The notes under the pieces: model-generated
What the model was told of the DNA's origin: nothing
The model's database searches: none
Seen by the model: the letters and a program-made list of their open reading frames with translations, nothing else
Position numbers and translations under genes: made by a program
Source: Dictyostelium fasciculatum
Lineage: Eukaryota
Assembly (NCBI RefSeq): GCF_000203815.1
Contig: NW_004457624.1
Span: forward strand, 3,122,354-3,186,353
Length of the DNA: 64,000 bases
Reading direction: 5' to 3'
In this document: positions 12,218-24,023 of the stretch, piece by piece
Layout: every line of letters begins with the position of its first letter
Numbering within the stretch: position 1 is the first letter of the stretch

Positions 12218-15071
12218 TCAATCCATGATTTGATATAGAATCAACTCATAATCTTTGAGTTTGGTGTCACCATTTAGTTTCTTTTCAATCGAGAGCAAGT
12301 ATGCAATGAATTCAATAATCTTTTCATTCATATTGTCTTGGTTGTCACCGCTGTTTGTTGGTTTCTTGGATACAATGTGTGACGAATGACAGAATAAATG
12401 CGAGAGATTTGGTGTTTCAGAGGAATCTGTCGATTTGATTGGCTGCACAAATAATACTCGATGATCTGAGTACTCCATATACTGTTGCGAGTGGCATCAT
12501 ATGTGCTCCAATGCTTCATTTGATAGTTTTACTAATTGCAACTCTTCCAGTTGATCCAATCGATCCCCAAATAATAGCTGTTGCTGTCAATCCACAATTT
12601 CTACGGTGTTGAGCAAGATGATCGAGGAATGAATTGGCAACTGCATAACTGAAACTTTCTCTTCCAGAGTATTGAGCAATCGATGACAGTAAATGGAAAT
12701 GATTTAATTTCCATTGCAGCTCTTTAAATAAATTGTGAAGATTCAATGCACCGATTGCTTTGGCCATCATTGCTTGTCGATGATTCTCCATTGTAACATC
12801 ATCTGCATCTGCAAATACATAGGTATTGGCACAATGTATAACTGATTTGACTGGTTTAATGGTTGAATCATTGTAACACTTTACTTAAAGTTGTTGAATT
12901 GATAAAGAGAGTTGATCATAATTTCCAATATAACATTGAACATAATGTCATCTAAGGTGTGATTGGTGTTTGTTGATATGATTCATTAATAATTGAATTT
13001 CATATTTTGGTGATGAATAGGAAACAACAATTGTATCACGTAGTTGAGGTGCATGTTTGATGATATAATGAAGTGATTCAACAGCAACTCCTGTTTGACC
13101 AGTGATGAGAAGAGTATCTTGAACACCATCAAGTTGATAGTGTACTCTTTCTATCTGTTTTCTATCTCTTTCACGTAACAATGGCTCGACCAAATCTCTT
13201 TCAGCATTTTCATAATCAATGACAACCTTTCCAATATGTTTTCTTGTTCTGATGTGTTGTTTGTGCTCTAAAATATTTAATATTGACAAACCGACACCGC
13301 CAGTTGCACTGTGAATGAGAATTGAATCCGACGAAACAATACTGGCTTTTTTGAGTACCGTGTAGGCAGTTCCCATTGTAACCGGCAGAGATGCAGCTTC
13401 AACAAATGAGAGTTCCTTTGGCTTATGAACTAGATTATTTTCCAAAGCAACTGAATAGGTAAAAGCATGAGACAAACCAAAAACTTCATCACCAATCTTG
13501 AAATTTGTTACTTTTGATCCGATTCTTGTGACGATACCAGCAAGATCTTGTCCAAGTATATTTCTTTTTTGATCGACTCTACCTTCCAAAGTCATAAGAT
13601 CTTTGAAATTGACTGATGCTGCTTTGGCTTGAACTTCAACTTGATAATCTTCGAATGTCAGACCTCTGCCTTTGATTTAAGATGGTATTTAGAATCCTTT
13701 TCAAACTTGACTCTAATATCTTGTTTATCATTAATAATGCATCTTGAACCCAATTCCAATGCTTTGGGACTTGAATAACTTGATCATTACATTCCAATTT
13801 AATATTCTTTTCACCAATGAAATCACTGTTGGAATATTGCATGATTTGAGAGAGTGAAAGTTGATTACAACTTTGATGATCCATGCTGATTGATATCGAA
13901 TCAAATGCTCGAACATGTCAGATGGACGATCATAATCTCTGCAAATTGGAACCAAACATTGATTGAGTTGACCAGTTATCAATGTTATTAATTTGACAGG
14001 TAGTTGTTCCTTTCTTAATATTTGGTGTAATCTGATGAGTTGCATTGATTTCTTGTCAAGATTACTCGAATTCATCTCTATCAATGATTCCAAATAAATA
14101 ATTACAACCTTTTCTCCTTCTCTAAATGATACGAATCCAATAATGATTGATATTTACTTTCATCCATAATATCATCACTTGAAATACTTTACGTGTTTTG
14201 AAATTGATGATGCTTGTGAAATCAATCTGGTTGATAACTTTGAAGAAGAGGATGGAGTAATAAATAATATATTATCAATATTATCGAAATTGGTTTCTTC
14301 GATTGATGCCTTTTTACAAATCATTGTAATATCTTCATGATCTAGTGTTGAGTTATTATTATTAATATGTTGAATTTTGAGTTGTGTTGATTTAATATCT
14401 CTGATGATTAATTCTTTGCTATTTTCATCGACGACCACTGAATCATTGTTGATTACAAAGAGTTGACCATTTGGATTTAATAGTTGATATAATTGTGTTG
14501 TAATATTTTGATTATTTTGAATAAATTCTTGAAAGGAAACCTTGGTCATTCAAAGACATGGATGAATTGAACTCTTTAAATAATTTAATTGATAAATTAT
14601 TATTCTCGAGATAATAGATTGGATAGGTGAATGAGAAATCTTGGGAAGTTAAATCAATGATCGTTGATGTTGGCTCCAAACTTGTGGTAGTGCCAATGGA
14701 AAGAAGTTCATCAAATCCAATACTCTAATCATTCCTTGCGTAGACTCTAATGATTTAACATATCTTTGTAAATATTTAACATTATTATTGTTGTCAGAGG
14801 AGGAGATGATGGAAGGGGATGGAGATGGTGAATTCTTTGGTTGATTAATTAATCGTTTGGTGAATTTTGATGGATATTTAGCTTGATGTACTTTTAATAC
14901 TTTGACCAATGATTTACAAATCAATGATTCAAATTTGATGATAATATTACCATGTTGGACAATAATATCAAGTGATCCTTTAAATTCATTTCCTCTTTGT
15001 TGTTGTCGATTTCTACTCGACACGAACGATCGTCGACATGTATGAATTTGTTGGCTACTTCCAACATGCAT
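12218..15071 (-). pseudogene. Polyketide synthase pseudogene, C-terminal tail (methyltransferase-like region, ER, KR, ACP), frame-disrupted
   Basis: A string of minus-strand ORF pieces, each under 220 aa, lies in different and partly overlapping frames (12218..12478, 12516..12791, 12948..13595, 13636..13884, 13731..14093, 14175..14549, 14649..15071). The enoyl-reductase/MDR signature is present (GDEVFGL…ILIHSATGGVGLSILNILE). A KR C-terminal motif is present (ANSFLDHLAQHRRNCGLTATAIIWGSIGSTG). The KS-AT-DH part is absent upstream. Confidence 0.55.
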
Positions 15072-15734
15072 CGTCGAAAGTCATAACACCATGCATCTCG
15101 CGCGTGCTATCTACAATGATCACAGTCAGCAGTGCTGTATCTAGATAGAGAGCAAACTATATATCAGTCCTTTCCAAAAACCCTTGTCATTGACAAAAGT
15201 TGCATCACGACGTGAACCATTCGAATATTCATAGCAAAGGCTTTGGTATCATGATCACATCCTTTGGTATGTGAATGATTGGGGACGTAAAGAGTTGTGA
15301 CACATATAACATTGCTGGCATGGGCCTCTTCAAACCCAAAGTAAAGATGTGAAGAGCAGGTGATGATATCTTCTTCAAGTATTCATTCTCTCTATAATAG
15401 CGATTGTATTAATAGATTGATCATGCAAATAACAAGAAAAAAAAAACCATACCTATATGTAATCCATTAAAATTGTACTTGTTGTTTATCAACCACCAAT
15501 AGTTCTTTGGATGCGATCAGTGATAGAAAATATGAAAAAAATGCATTGAAAATATCAATATGGATCACACTCAAAGCCAGCTCAGACCGACTGAACGATT
15601 TCAATCAACATACACACTAATAAATCGTTCAGTCTATCAGTGCACAGCTATGTAGGTCAGTCATGATCAGGAGGACTAGCTATAAAATGAGCATTCCAAC
15701 ATGCTCTTCATCATTACTTTCATCAACAACAACA

Positions 15735-15765
<31 letters not shown>

Positions 15766-15789
15766 TTACAACAACAACAACAAATACAA

Positions 15790-16877
15790 ATGAAGCGTAG
15801 TTATTTTAGTTTCAACTCTGAACCTCTCATTACAATCACTGCCTCTCTTGCCAAGGTCTCAACAGTCCCCAAGCTTAAGCGACGAATTGCTGACCCAGTG
15901 CCTGATGTCCCATTGGTTGAACCAGTGCCCGCTGTTCAAATGGCCGAGCCCTTGACCGATGTACCAATCATTGCTCCAGTAGCTGATGTACCACAGTTGC
16001 CACAAGTACCCGGACCTTTTGTTTTGCCAACCGTTCTTTGTGACTGTGATAAAACAAACTATCGATGTAAAAATTGCCAGTAATCGTCACCTAAAGATCG
16101 TCAAAGAGATATATATTTTTTTAGATTTTTAACCTTTTTTTTCTTTTTTCTTTTTTCTTTTTTCTTTTTTATCTATTTAGATTGGTTGAAAATTTTAATG
16201 ATAGAAGTACCTCATTGTATACCGCTCAGGTTCGTGATAGTGAACGTAGACCCCACTTTGGTAAAAAGCAAGGAGAATATGAAATTGGTGTCACCGATCC
16301 TCACGGCAAGTCCAGTGAACAGAATCGCCTTTGTGCCATCTCCAATGCTATAATGGTAGCCGTGCCATTGTCTGATTGTCAAGATAGCCTCGACCGTATC
16401 AAGGACCATAATACATATATGCCAGACAACTGCCGCCTCATATGTAGAGAGTTCAATACCTCTGCCAAGTGGACCACCGAGTTGCTAAGAGAAGTTTACA
16501 AGGAAGTATTTGGAAATATAACCAGGACTGCTCCCCGCCACCGTCTCGTTGATGCAATGGAAAAGGAAAGAAAATTGGAATGGGTCAAATCAGTCAGTCA
16601 TCTTGCCAAACCTGTCGAATACACTGAGGAAGTTATTGCCAAGCTCAGTGCCCAAAGATACAAGAATGCCAAAGTCGTTCCAATTCGCCGAGAGACGCCA
16701 AAACAAATCCTTCTAGGAAAGGATATGTTTCCAAGTCTTTTTGCCAAGAAAAGATTCCAGCCCCTTCCAATTAGACTTGTAGATTTGGATTACCTTCCTA
16801 AATCATTTTATGATGATGAAGAAGAAGAAGAAGAGGAAGAGGAAGAGTATGATGAAATTATGGAATATCAAGAATAA
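15790..16877 (+). CDS. Hypothetical protein, family 'X' (2 exons: 15790..16079, 16181..16877). Paralog of 45239..47106.
   Basis: TATAAAA at 15681. Exon 1 ends …PGPFVLPTVLCDCDKTNYRCKNCQ with donor CA|GTAATC. The acceptor TATTTAG|A restores the frame to …LVENFNDR…LCAISNAIMVAVPLSDCQDSLDRIKD…CREFNTSAKWTTELLR…, with an acidic tail DDEEEEEEEEEEEYDE. Confidence 0.6.
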
Positions 16878-17391
16878 TAAATTAATAAAATGTAAATTAT
16901 TGTAAATGACATATCAATCACCGTTGTTTTGACTTTTTATTTTGGATGTTGCATCAACTTTTATTTGGATTCTCAACATCCTTTCTATAATAATAATATT
17001 TGTAAAAACATACAACTATCAACACCAGATCGACCTATCTCTACCCTCTCACTCGAGATCTACAACACTTCAACTCTCAGCTCTAGTTTCTTTATAAATC
17101 AACCAAGTAGACAAACAACATTAATTAAAAAGGATAAATAAAAAAGGGTAGTTATGATTGGATGTAATGATTGATGGTGTCAAAAGTTGGTTCCGCTTTG
17201 AAAATAAATGAAATAATATTTGCCAATTAATGGTAATGTTGATTTAACTAGTAATAAAAGAAACAATTATGATTATAATATGTATAGAAATATAAAATGG
17301 ATTGGAGTTGAAAATTAATGCTTGATGCGTATATTGAGGTGGTCAATGATACGATGTGATAACCAATACACTCATTTGGTTGTGACACTAT

Positions 17392-17767
17392 GTTAGATCT
17401 AGATTGTTTAAAATCAATGATATCTCAATGATATTTCATGGATATCTCATTGAACTCAATATACTCAATCCTGGTTAGGATAAGTCAAATATGTAAAGTA
17501 TTTTGGATAAAATACTAACGACTAACCATCGTCAGTTAGTCGTCTGGATCAACAATTATAAAAAGGATTAGAATAATCCAATAAAGACACTCTACATTCT
17601 ATATTCTATATTAATATTCTATATTCATCTTTTATTACTATAATTAATAATCAATTACAATCTAAAGTCATTATTACTATCTATATATTCATATATCTAT
17701 ATATTATTATTATTATATACCTCTCAAACTAAATATATATTTACCAAGTATCTATATAGTTATTACA
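17392..17767 (+). repeat. LTR-like repeat (family shared with 41250..41581 and 48223..48405); variant 5' end, canonical 3' end …TCTATATAGTTATTACA
   Basis: The last roughly 180 bp are near-identical to 41400..41581. The 5' part (tgttagatctagattgtttaaaatcaatgatat…caatgatatttcat) matches the arms of the hairpin at 48223..48405. It lies about 285 bp upstream of tRNA-Ser. Confidence 0.6.
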
Positions 17768-18050
17768 CACTACATGATCAAGTACACAATTTAATTGAAT
17801 TGAAAGAGATGATAAAACGGTTGTTGATTATTTAAAAAATATTTAATTAATAATGAAGACAATGTCACCCAAGACTGGAATCAAACATGTCTAAAAAATA
17901 TAAAATTAATTTATGATTAAAATAAAATAAAATAAAAGATTAAATAACATAGAAAGAGTACACACAAAGCTAAATGGCAGATGTCATTTATTTGAAACGG
18001 CTATTTGGGCGGATATCACGGTTGTTTTAAAAATGTCACCAATTCGTTTT

Positions 18051-18132
18051 GGCAATTTGGGTGAGTGGTCTAAGCCGATGCACTCGAAATGCATTCTCTT
18101 CGGAGGCGCAGGTTCAAACCCTGCAGTTGTCG
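18051..18132 (+). tRNA. tRNA-Ser (anticodon CGA)
   Basis: GGCAATT-TG-GGTGAGTGGTCTAAGCC-GATGCA-CTCGAAA-TGCATT-CTCTTCGGAGG-CGCAGG-TTCAAAC-CCTGC-AGTTGTC-G. Cloverleaf with a long variable arm; the anticodon loop position gives CGA. Confidence 0.8.
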
Positions 18133-18428
18133 ATCTTTTGCCCTTTTGCCGCATGCGACATCGCCCCACGCCTCCCTCGCACCCCTCTACCACCAAATAA
18201 TACTCTATCTGTACTGTTTATCTCTTAAAATGTGGAATGAGACTTTTGATAGTCACAAAAAAAAAAATTGATCAATTTTTGTCATGAAAAAATCTCACCC
18301 AAAAAAAAAAAATTTGATCTTCCAAGAATAAATTTTTAAAACTGCAATACCAAAATTTTCAAACCTCGATTCATTTCACTTTTGACAACATACAAAATAA
18401 CCAAAGAATATAGATAGATATATATAAA

Positions 18429-21101
18429 ATGAATAACGACACATCAAATACAACAAATAAAATGTCACCTCTTAAAAGTTCAAGTGATCTATCACAAATG
18501 ATAGACCCAGAATATTTTAAAAGAGAAAATGATAAAAAGATTATTGATCAACCAATTAATAGTAATAATAATAATAATAATAATAGTCAATCAAGTTTAC
18601 CTCCTTCATCTTTATCTCAACAACAACAATCAATATCAACACCAACAAAGAATAATAATAGTAGTACTAGTACTAGTACTAGTCAATCAATACAATCATC
18701 ACCAATGAATACAAGTTCATTACAAAATATGAATGCAAATGTCATACAATCATCATTTGATGCACACATTCAAGAACAAACATTTCAAACATCCTCCCCA
18801 ACAAGAAAAAGAATTGTTAGATTTACAGATCCCTCACCAGTTTCATCTCCTCAACCTAGTCAAAGAGAACAAAGAGAACATCAACCTCTTAGACAATCAT
18901 TTACACAAAATGAATCATTGGATATTTTTGGTAGTTTAGATTTTAGTCAAACTTTTGAACAACCAGATAGTCAAGAAATTGCACCAATATCATTTACTCT
19001 AAGTACTGATGGTGATTTAATCTTTACTTTGGACGACGAGGAAGAAGAAGAATCTATTAAAGAATCGATTCAATTTGATTTTGACATTTATCAATCAATG
19101 TCATTACCAATATGGGATGCAGTAACCAGTCAAGATCCAAAGATGGTAATGAAAAGAGGAGGAAAGATCAAGAGAAAGAGAGGGTTGGTCATACCCAATT
19201 GGAAAAAGAAGCAACCAGAAGTGACGATTGACGACTTGATGAAACAAAACTATCTAAAGATTGGTGATCGTCTAACGTATAGTATTGCCGGTTCAACACA
19301 TACTGCCATTCTATTGGCTGACGGTTACATTGAATATGGTAGTGGTAATGAATTACGTATTCGTCTCCCATCTGTTCATGCTTGGATCATTCAAATCCTA
19401 TCCAAACTAACACCAAACAAAAAATATCATTGGTTTTCTCCATGGGATTCAATTTTCATTAAAGGAAAATCTTTAAATTATATTAGAAAATCTTTTGAAT
19501 CTAAAAATAGAAAAGAAATTAATAATAATAATGATGAAAAAGTAATTATTAAAACAAATATTACAAAAAAGAAAAGAGAAGAAGAAGAAGAAGAAGAAGA
19601 AATAGAATCTCAACAAATCAAGAAAAAGGTAAAACCTACAATTGTTGAATTTAAACAACCTCTACCAATTCAACCACAACCTTCATTGATTGATCAAGAT
19701 GCAACACAAAAAGTAGATGAAGAGTCAACCATCAAAGTAGATGAAGAAGCAACAATCAAAGTAGATCAAGAACCAATTGTAGATGAAGAAGCAACTATTA
19801 AAGTTTATGATGAATTTGATCCAAAAACTCAACTATTAAATTCTACAACTACAATTAATTTAAATCAAGTTGATTTTAATTCTCAAGAAATGGAAATTGA
19901 AAAGGAAAATGAAAATGAAAAAGAAAAAGAACCATCACAAAAATCATCTCAATCAAGTCATCATTCTTCTTCTTCTTCTTCTTCTTTATCTTTTCCAAAT
20001 TTCAATTCAACCTCTCAACCAACAAATAATCAACATCAAAATAATAATAATAATAATAATTTATTTTCTTCACAACCACTTCCATCCAAAGGAGGTCATA
20101 TTGGATCACCATTAAAATATAATACTCCAATTTCATCTCAACCACCACCTTCACAATCAAAGAATAATGTATTATCAACATCAATTCAATTTGAAACATC
20201 TCAACAATTTTCACAACAACCAAAAGAATCATCAATTAGTTTACCATTACATCAACCATCACTTAAATCAAATAATTCAAATGTTTCAGAACAACAAAAA
20301 ATAAGTCAAACATTTTCAATTCCAGATTTATCTCAACAACAACCAAGTCAATTATTTTCAATACCAGGATATCAAATTGAATCTACTACTGGACCAGTAA
20401 TATTAGGAACAGGATTATCAAGATTAATGCAAATTCATATAATTACATTAACCAATTCAATAGGAGGTAGATATGTAACTAGTTTTGATCAATCTGTTAC
20501 ACATATTGTATGTGCAACTGAAGAACAAGGACAAATGGCCAAAAGAACCATTAAATATCAAATGGGAGTAGCCAAGGGACTTTGGATTGTGTCATTTGAT
20601 TGGATTTTAGAATCACTCAATGAACAAAAATGGCTAGACGAAGATGCCTATGAAATACAAGGTGATGAACAATCTGGTATTCAAGGATCACCAAACAAGG
20701 CACGCCAACAATTATTATTCTCTGAAAAACGTCTCTTTTATGGTTTGGCGTTTTATTTGGCAGGTGAATTTGATCAACCTAGTCGTCAAGAAATTGAATC
20801 GGTCATCAAAGAGGCAGGTGGTATAGTATTGGATGCACCACCACCAAAACCATCAAATACCAAAGAATTATTAAAATCAAAATGTACAGTCATTGTTCAT
20901 CCATCATATACCTCTTCTCATCAACAACTGTCACAAATTCACCTAACCACCAAACAATTACCAATTAGTTATAAATGGATTTTTGATTCAATTTCAAATT
21001 ATCAATTAATTCCAAAAGATAAATATTTAATCTTTAAAAGTAGTACTATAAATCAATCAAACTATGGTTCAATTCATACTCAACAATCTCATGCATACTA
21101 A
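18429..21101 (+). CDS. BRCT-domain protein (tandem C-terminal BRCT repeats), long N/S/Q-rich N-terminus, single exon
   Basis: ORF of 890 aa. Its C-terminus has two BRCT-like units (…FDQSVTHIVCATEEQGQMAKRTIKYQMGVAKGLWIVSFDWILESL… and …LFYGLAFYLAGEFDQPSRQEIESVIKEAGGIVLD…CTVIVHP…). Confidence 0.55.
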   Translation: MNNDTSNTTNKMSPLKSSSDLSQMIDPEYFKRENDKKIIDQPINSNNNNNNNSQSSLPPSSLSQQQQSISTPTKNNNSSTSTSTSQSIQSSPMNTSSLQNMNANVIQSSFDAHIQEQTFQTSSPTRKRIVRFTDPSPVSSPQPSQREQREHQPLRQSFTQNESLDIFGSLDFSQTFEQPDSQEIAPISFTLSTDGDLIFTLDDEEEEESIKESIQFDFDIYQSMSLPIWDAVTSQDPKMVMKRGGKIKRKRGLVIPNWKKKQPEVTIDDLMKQNYLKIGDRLTYSIAGSTHTAILLADGYIEYGSGNELRIRLPSVHAWIIQILSKLTPNKKYHWFSPWDSIFIKGKSLNYIRKSFESKNRKEINNNNDEKVIIKTNITKKKREEEEEEEEIESQQIKKKVKPTIVEFKQPLPIQPQPSLIDQDATQKVDEESTIKVDEEATIKVDQEPIVDEEATIKVYDEFDPKTQLLNSTTTINLNQVDFNSQEMEIEKENENEKEKEPSQKSSQSSHHSSSSSSSLSFPNFNSTSQPTNNQHQNNNNNNNLFSSQPLPSKGGHIGSPLKYNTPISSQPPPSQSKNNVLSTSIQFETSQQFSQQPKESSISLPLHQPSLKSNNSNVSEQQKISQTFSIPDLSQQQPSQLFSIPGYQIESTTGPVILGTGLSRLMQIHIITLTNSIGGRYVTSFDQSVTHIVCATEEQGQMAKRTIKYQMGVAKGLWIVSFDWILESLNEQKWLDEDAYEIQGDEQSGIQGSPNKARQQLLFSEKRLFYGLAFYLAGEFDQPSRQEIESVIKEAGGIVLDAPPPKPSNTKELLKSKCTVIVHPSYTSSHQQLSQIHLTTKQLPISYKWIFDSISNYQLIPKDKYLIFKSSTINQSNYGSIHTQQSHAY

Positions 21102-21352
21102 ACGTGTATAAATAAATTAAAACATAATTTTTAAATTTTCCCGCTTTTTTGTTTTTTTGTTTTTTTTGTTTTTTTTTTTAGCTTTTTTTTTTTTTTTGCA
21201 ACGGATTCAAAAAAAGTTTGGAGGGTGATGTTCATTATTATTTTTTAATTTATTTTTTTATATTTTCATTGTACACACAAACAACAACTATTTCAATTTT
21301 AGTGTTTGTTTTTCAACACTATATCTATATTTATATATTTATATTAATTTGA

Positions 21353-23795
21353 ATGGAAGGACAAACAATACATTTATGTGCAGAGAGTGGTGATCAAGCA
21401 GGAGTAGTAAAATGGATATCGTCGGGAGCAGATGTGAATCAGCCCGATAGTTCGAATCGTTCACCATTGCATTATGCAGCGATCAGTGGACATACAAGCA
21501 TTGTAGCACTATTACTGTCTAGTGGATCATCGGTCAATTGTCAGACGAATCGTGGAGCTACACCTCTACACTATAGTGCGAGATCAGGTAATGTCGAATG
21601 CCTGTCACTTTTACTAGAGAATGGAGGTGATGTCAATTGTCGCGATAGTTCTGGCAACACACCTCTTCATGCAGCCATCAACTGTCACGAAGTCAAAGCT
21701 GCATTGGCTCTTGTTCAAAACTATGGTTCCGACGTCAACATTCAAAACAAAGAAGATCAATCACCTCTCTTTTTGGCTTGTCAAATGGGTTACAAAGATG
21801 TTATCATTCAATTATTAGAAAAAGGTGCTAAAACAAATGTTAGAGATAAATCTGGTAATACTTGTTTATCAGTTTTATCATTTATTGGTAAATATAGAAA
21901 ATAGAAAATAGAAAATAGAAAATATAGAAATAGAAATATTCATTCTTTTTTCTTTTTTTCTTTAATTTTTAGAAATAGAGAAAAAAGAAGAATTGGAAGA
22001 ATTAATTTATAATGGTAAATCAACATCATTGGAAAATGATATTGGTAGTTTAATGTATGTTGTAAAAAAAGCAACGACAACTGAAACAAATGGAAATAAT
22101 ACAGCAGATCAAATGGATACATCTCTTGAAGATGAAAATACAAATATTGGAATCTATTCAGATATTACATTAATTGTTGAAGGTCATTCAATTCCTGCTC
22201 ATCGTTCAATTTTAGCATCTCGTTGTCCTCATTTTAAATCTTTATTAAAGAAATCAAACTCTTCTGAAATTGAAATTACAGATGTTAAATTTAATTTATT
22301 CATCTTATTATTAGAATGGTAAATAGAATCAAAAGAAATAATATATATTATATTTTAATTTTAATTTACTTAACTTTTTATTTTTTAGGATATATAAAGA
22401 TAAATTAAAAGAAATTATAAAACCAGATCAAATTGATTTATCAAGTGCATTTTCATTATTGGTTTTAGCAGAAAGATATCAAATCAAGGCATTGGTAGGG
22501 GTTTGTGAAAAGTTTTTAATTCATAATCTAACTACAACCACTATTGTATCGGTTTGGCCAGAATTGAAAAAGACATCTAATCAATTGAAACAGTCATGTC
22601 CAGAATTGATGCGTAGCTGTGCTCAGTTTATCATTAAAAACTGGAATGTCTTGTCAGTTAGCAAGATGGGTGATTTAATGAACAAGGTTGATTTTGTCAA
22701 TCTAATCAATATTTTACCAATTAAACCATTTGATCCAAATGAACCTATTGTACCTCAACAACCAACCTCTACAACTACAACTAAACCTTCTAAATCTAGT
22801 AGTAGTGGTAATTCAAATGCTCCCGCCACCACCGCCGCCGCTACTACTACTACTACAACACGTCAATCACGTGCAAGTACAGGTGGATCATCAAGTAAAA
22901 GTTCAGCAACTCCAAAGAAATCTCATTCTACCTCTTCTTCTTCTTCTTCCTCGACTACATCTTCAGAATCTACACCAACAACAGATATAATGGATAAAAA
23001 GAATTTAGAATTATGTAATGGTATTTATACTCAAATATATAAACGTAAAAACGCAGAGGTATTTCATTATCCTGTTGATCCAGTTGCTGATGGTGTACCA
23101 ACCTATCTCGACATTATCAAGAATCCAATGGATCTTGGTACCATGAAAACCAAGTTGGACAATGGTTCATACAAGACCATCAAGGAATTTGCTGCAGACA
23201 TGAGACTCATGTTTATCAATGCACTCACCTTTAATCTCGATGGTACTCCCATTTGGAAACTTGCCAAAAGTCTTCTCCAAAACTTTAATACAAAGTTTGG
23301 TCAAACTTTTCCATTTGAACCAATTCCTGAAATACCTATAATTGCTCCAAGTATAATAGTAGGAACAAATAATAATAATATTAATAATAATAATAATAAT
23401 AATCCACCTGAAACTCCTGAAAAAAAACGTAAATCAACTCCTGCTCCTTCAACTACTGCTACAACAACCAACGTACCAACTCCAACTACAACTGAAATTA
23501 AACCAGAAAATATTAAAAAGTATGAAAAATAGAAAATATAAAATATAGGATTAATTTAATTTAATTTTATCAATCTAGGAAATATACAGATGATGATAGA
23601 AGAATTTTAATGGAAAAAATCAATGATTTAAATGAAGCACAATTACAAAACATTTTAGATATTATAGAACCAAAGGCCATCAAACAAAATGATGAAGGTG
23701 TTGAAATTGACATGTATGAAGTTAGTGATCAAAATCTTGAACAATTGGAAGATTTTATTATTTCTTGTCTCAAAAAAAGGAAAACAGATTAAAAA
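21353..23795 (+). CDS. Ankyrin-repeat / BTB(POZ) / bromodomain / ET-domain protein. Four exons: 21353..21887, 21973..22318, 22389..23519, 23579..23795.
   Basis: Exon 1 has ANK repeats (…SPLHYAAISGHTSIVALLLSSGSSVN…, …TPLHYSARSGNVECLSLLLENGGDVN…). The donor ATTG|GTAAAT and acceptor TTTTAG|AA give …EIEKKEELEELIYNG… leading into a BTB domain (DITLIVEGHSIPAHRSILASRCPHFKSLL…). That domain is split by the intron TG|GTAAAT…TTTTTAG|G (…LLEW|IYKDKL…LVLAERYQIKALVGVCEKFL). A bromodomain follows (…FHYPVDPVADGVPTYLDIIKNPMDLGTMKTKLDNGSYKTIKEFAADMRLMFINALTFN…). The last exon encodes an ET-domain-like segment (LNEAQLQNILDIIEP…EIDMYEVSDQNLEQLEDFIISCLKKRK). All junctions are GT-AG and frame-consistent. Confidence 0.65.
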
Positions 23796-24023
23796 AAAAT
23801 GAAATCAAATCAAATCAAATCAAATTAAATGAAATGAATAATTATTAAATAAATAAATAAAATAAAATGTTATAATAATAGAAGATAGAGAGCAAAATTG
23901 GCGCCAATTTTTTAATTTTTTTCAAGAATTTTTGAAAAAGAGGAGGGTATTCAAACAACTTCACTTTTTTTTTTTTTTTTTAATATACATATATTCATAG
24001 TAGGAGTATATATATATAGAAAG

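Noticed and set aside
17984-18271. ORFs 17984..18196(-) and 18089..18271(+)
   Set aside because: They overlap the tRNA-Ser gene and its GC-rich flank and are spurious.
22730-22990. ORF 22730..22990 (poly-P/L/Q) and ORFs 24055..24258(-) and 24142..24507(+)
   Set aside because: They are alternate-frame readings of the T/S/A-rich and K/E/S-rich low-complexity exons of the bromodomain and Pds5 genes.
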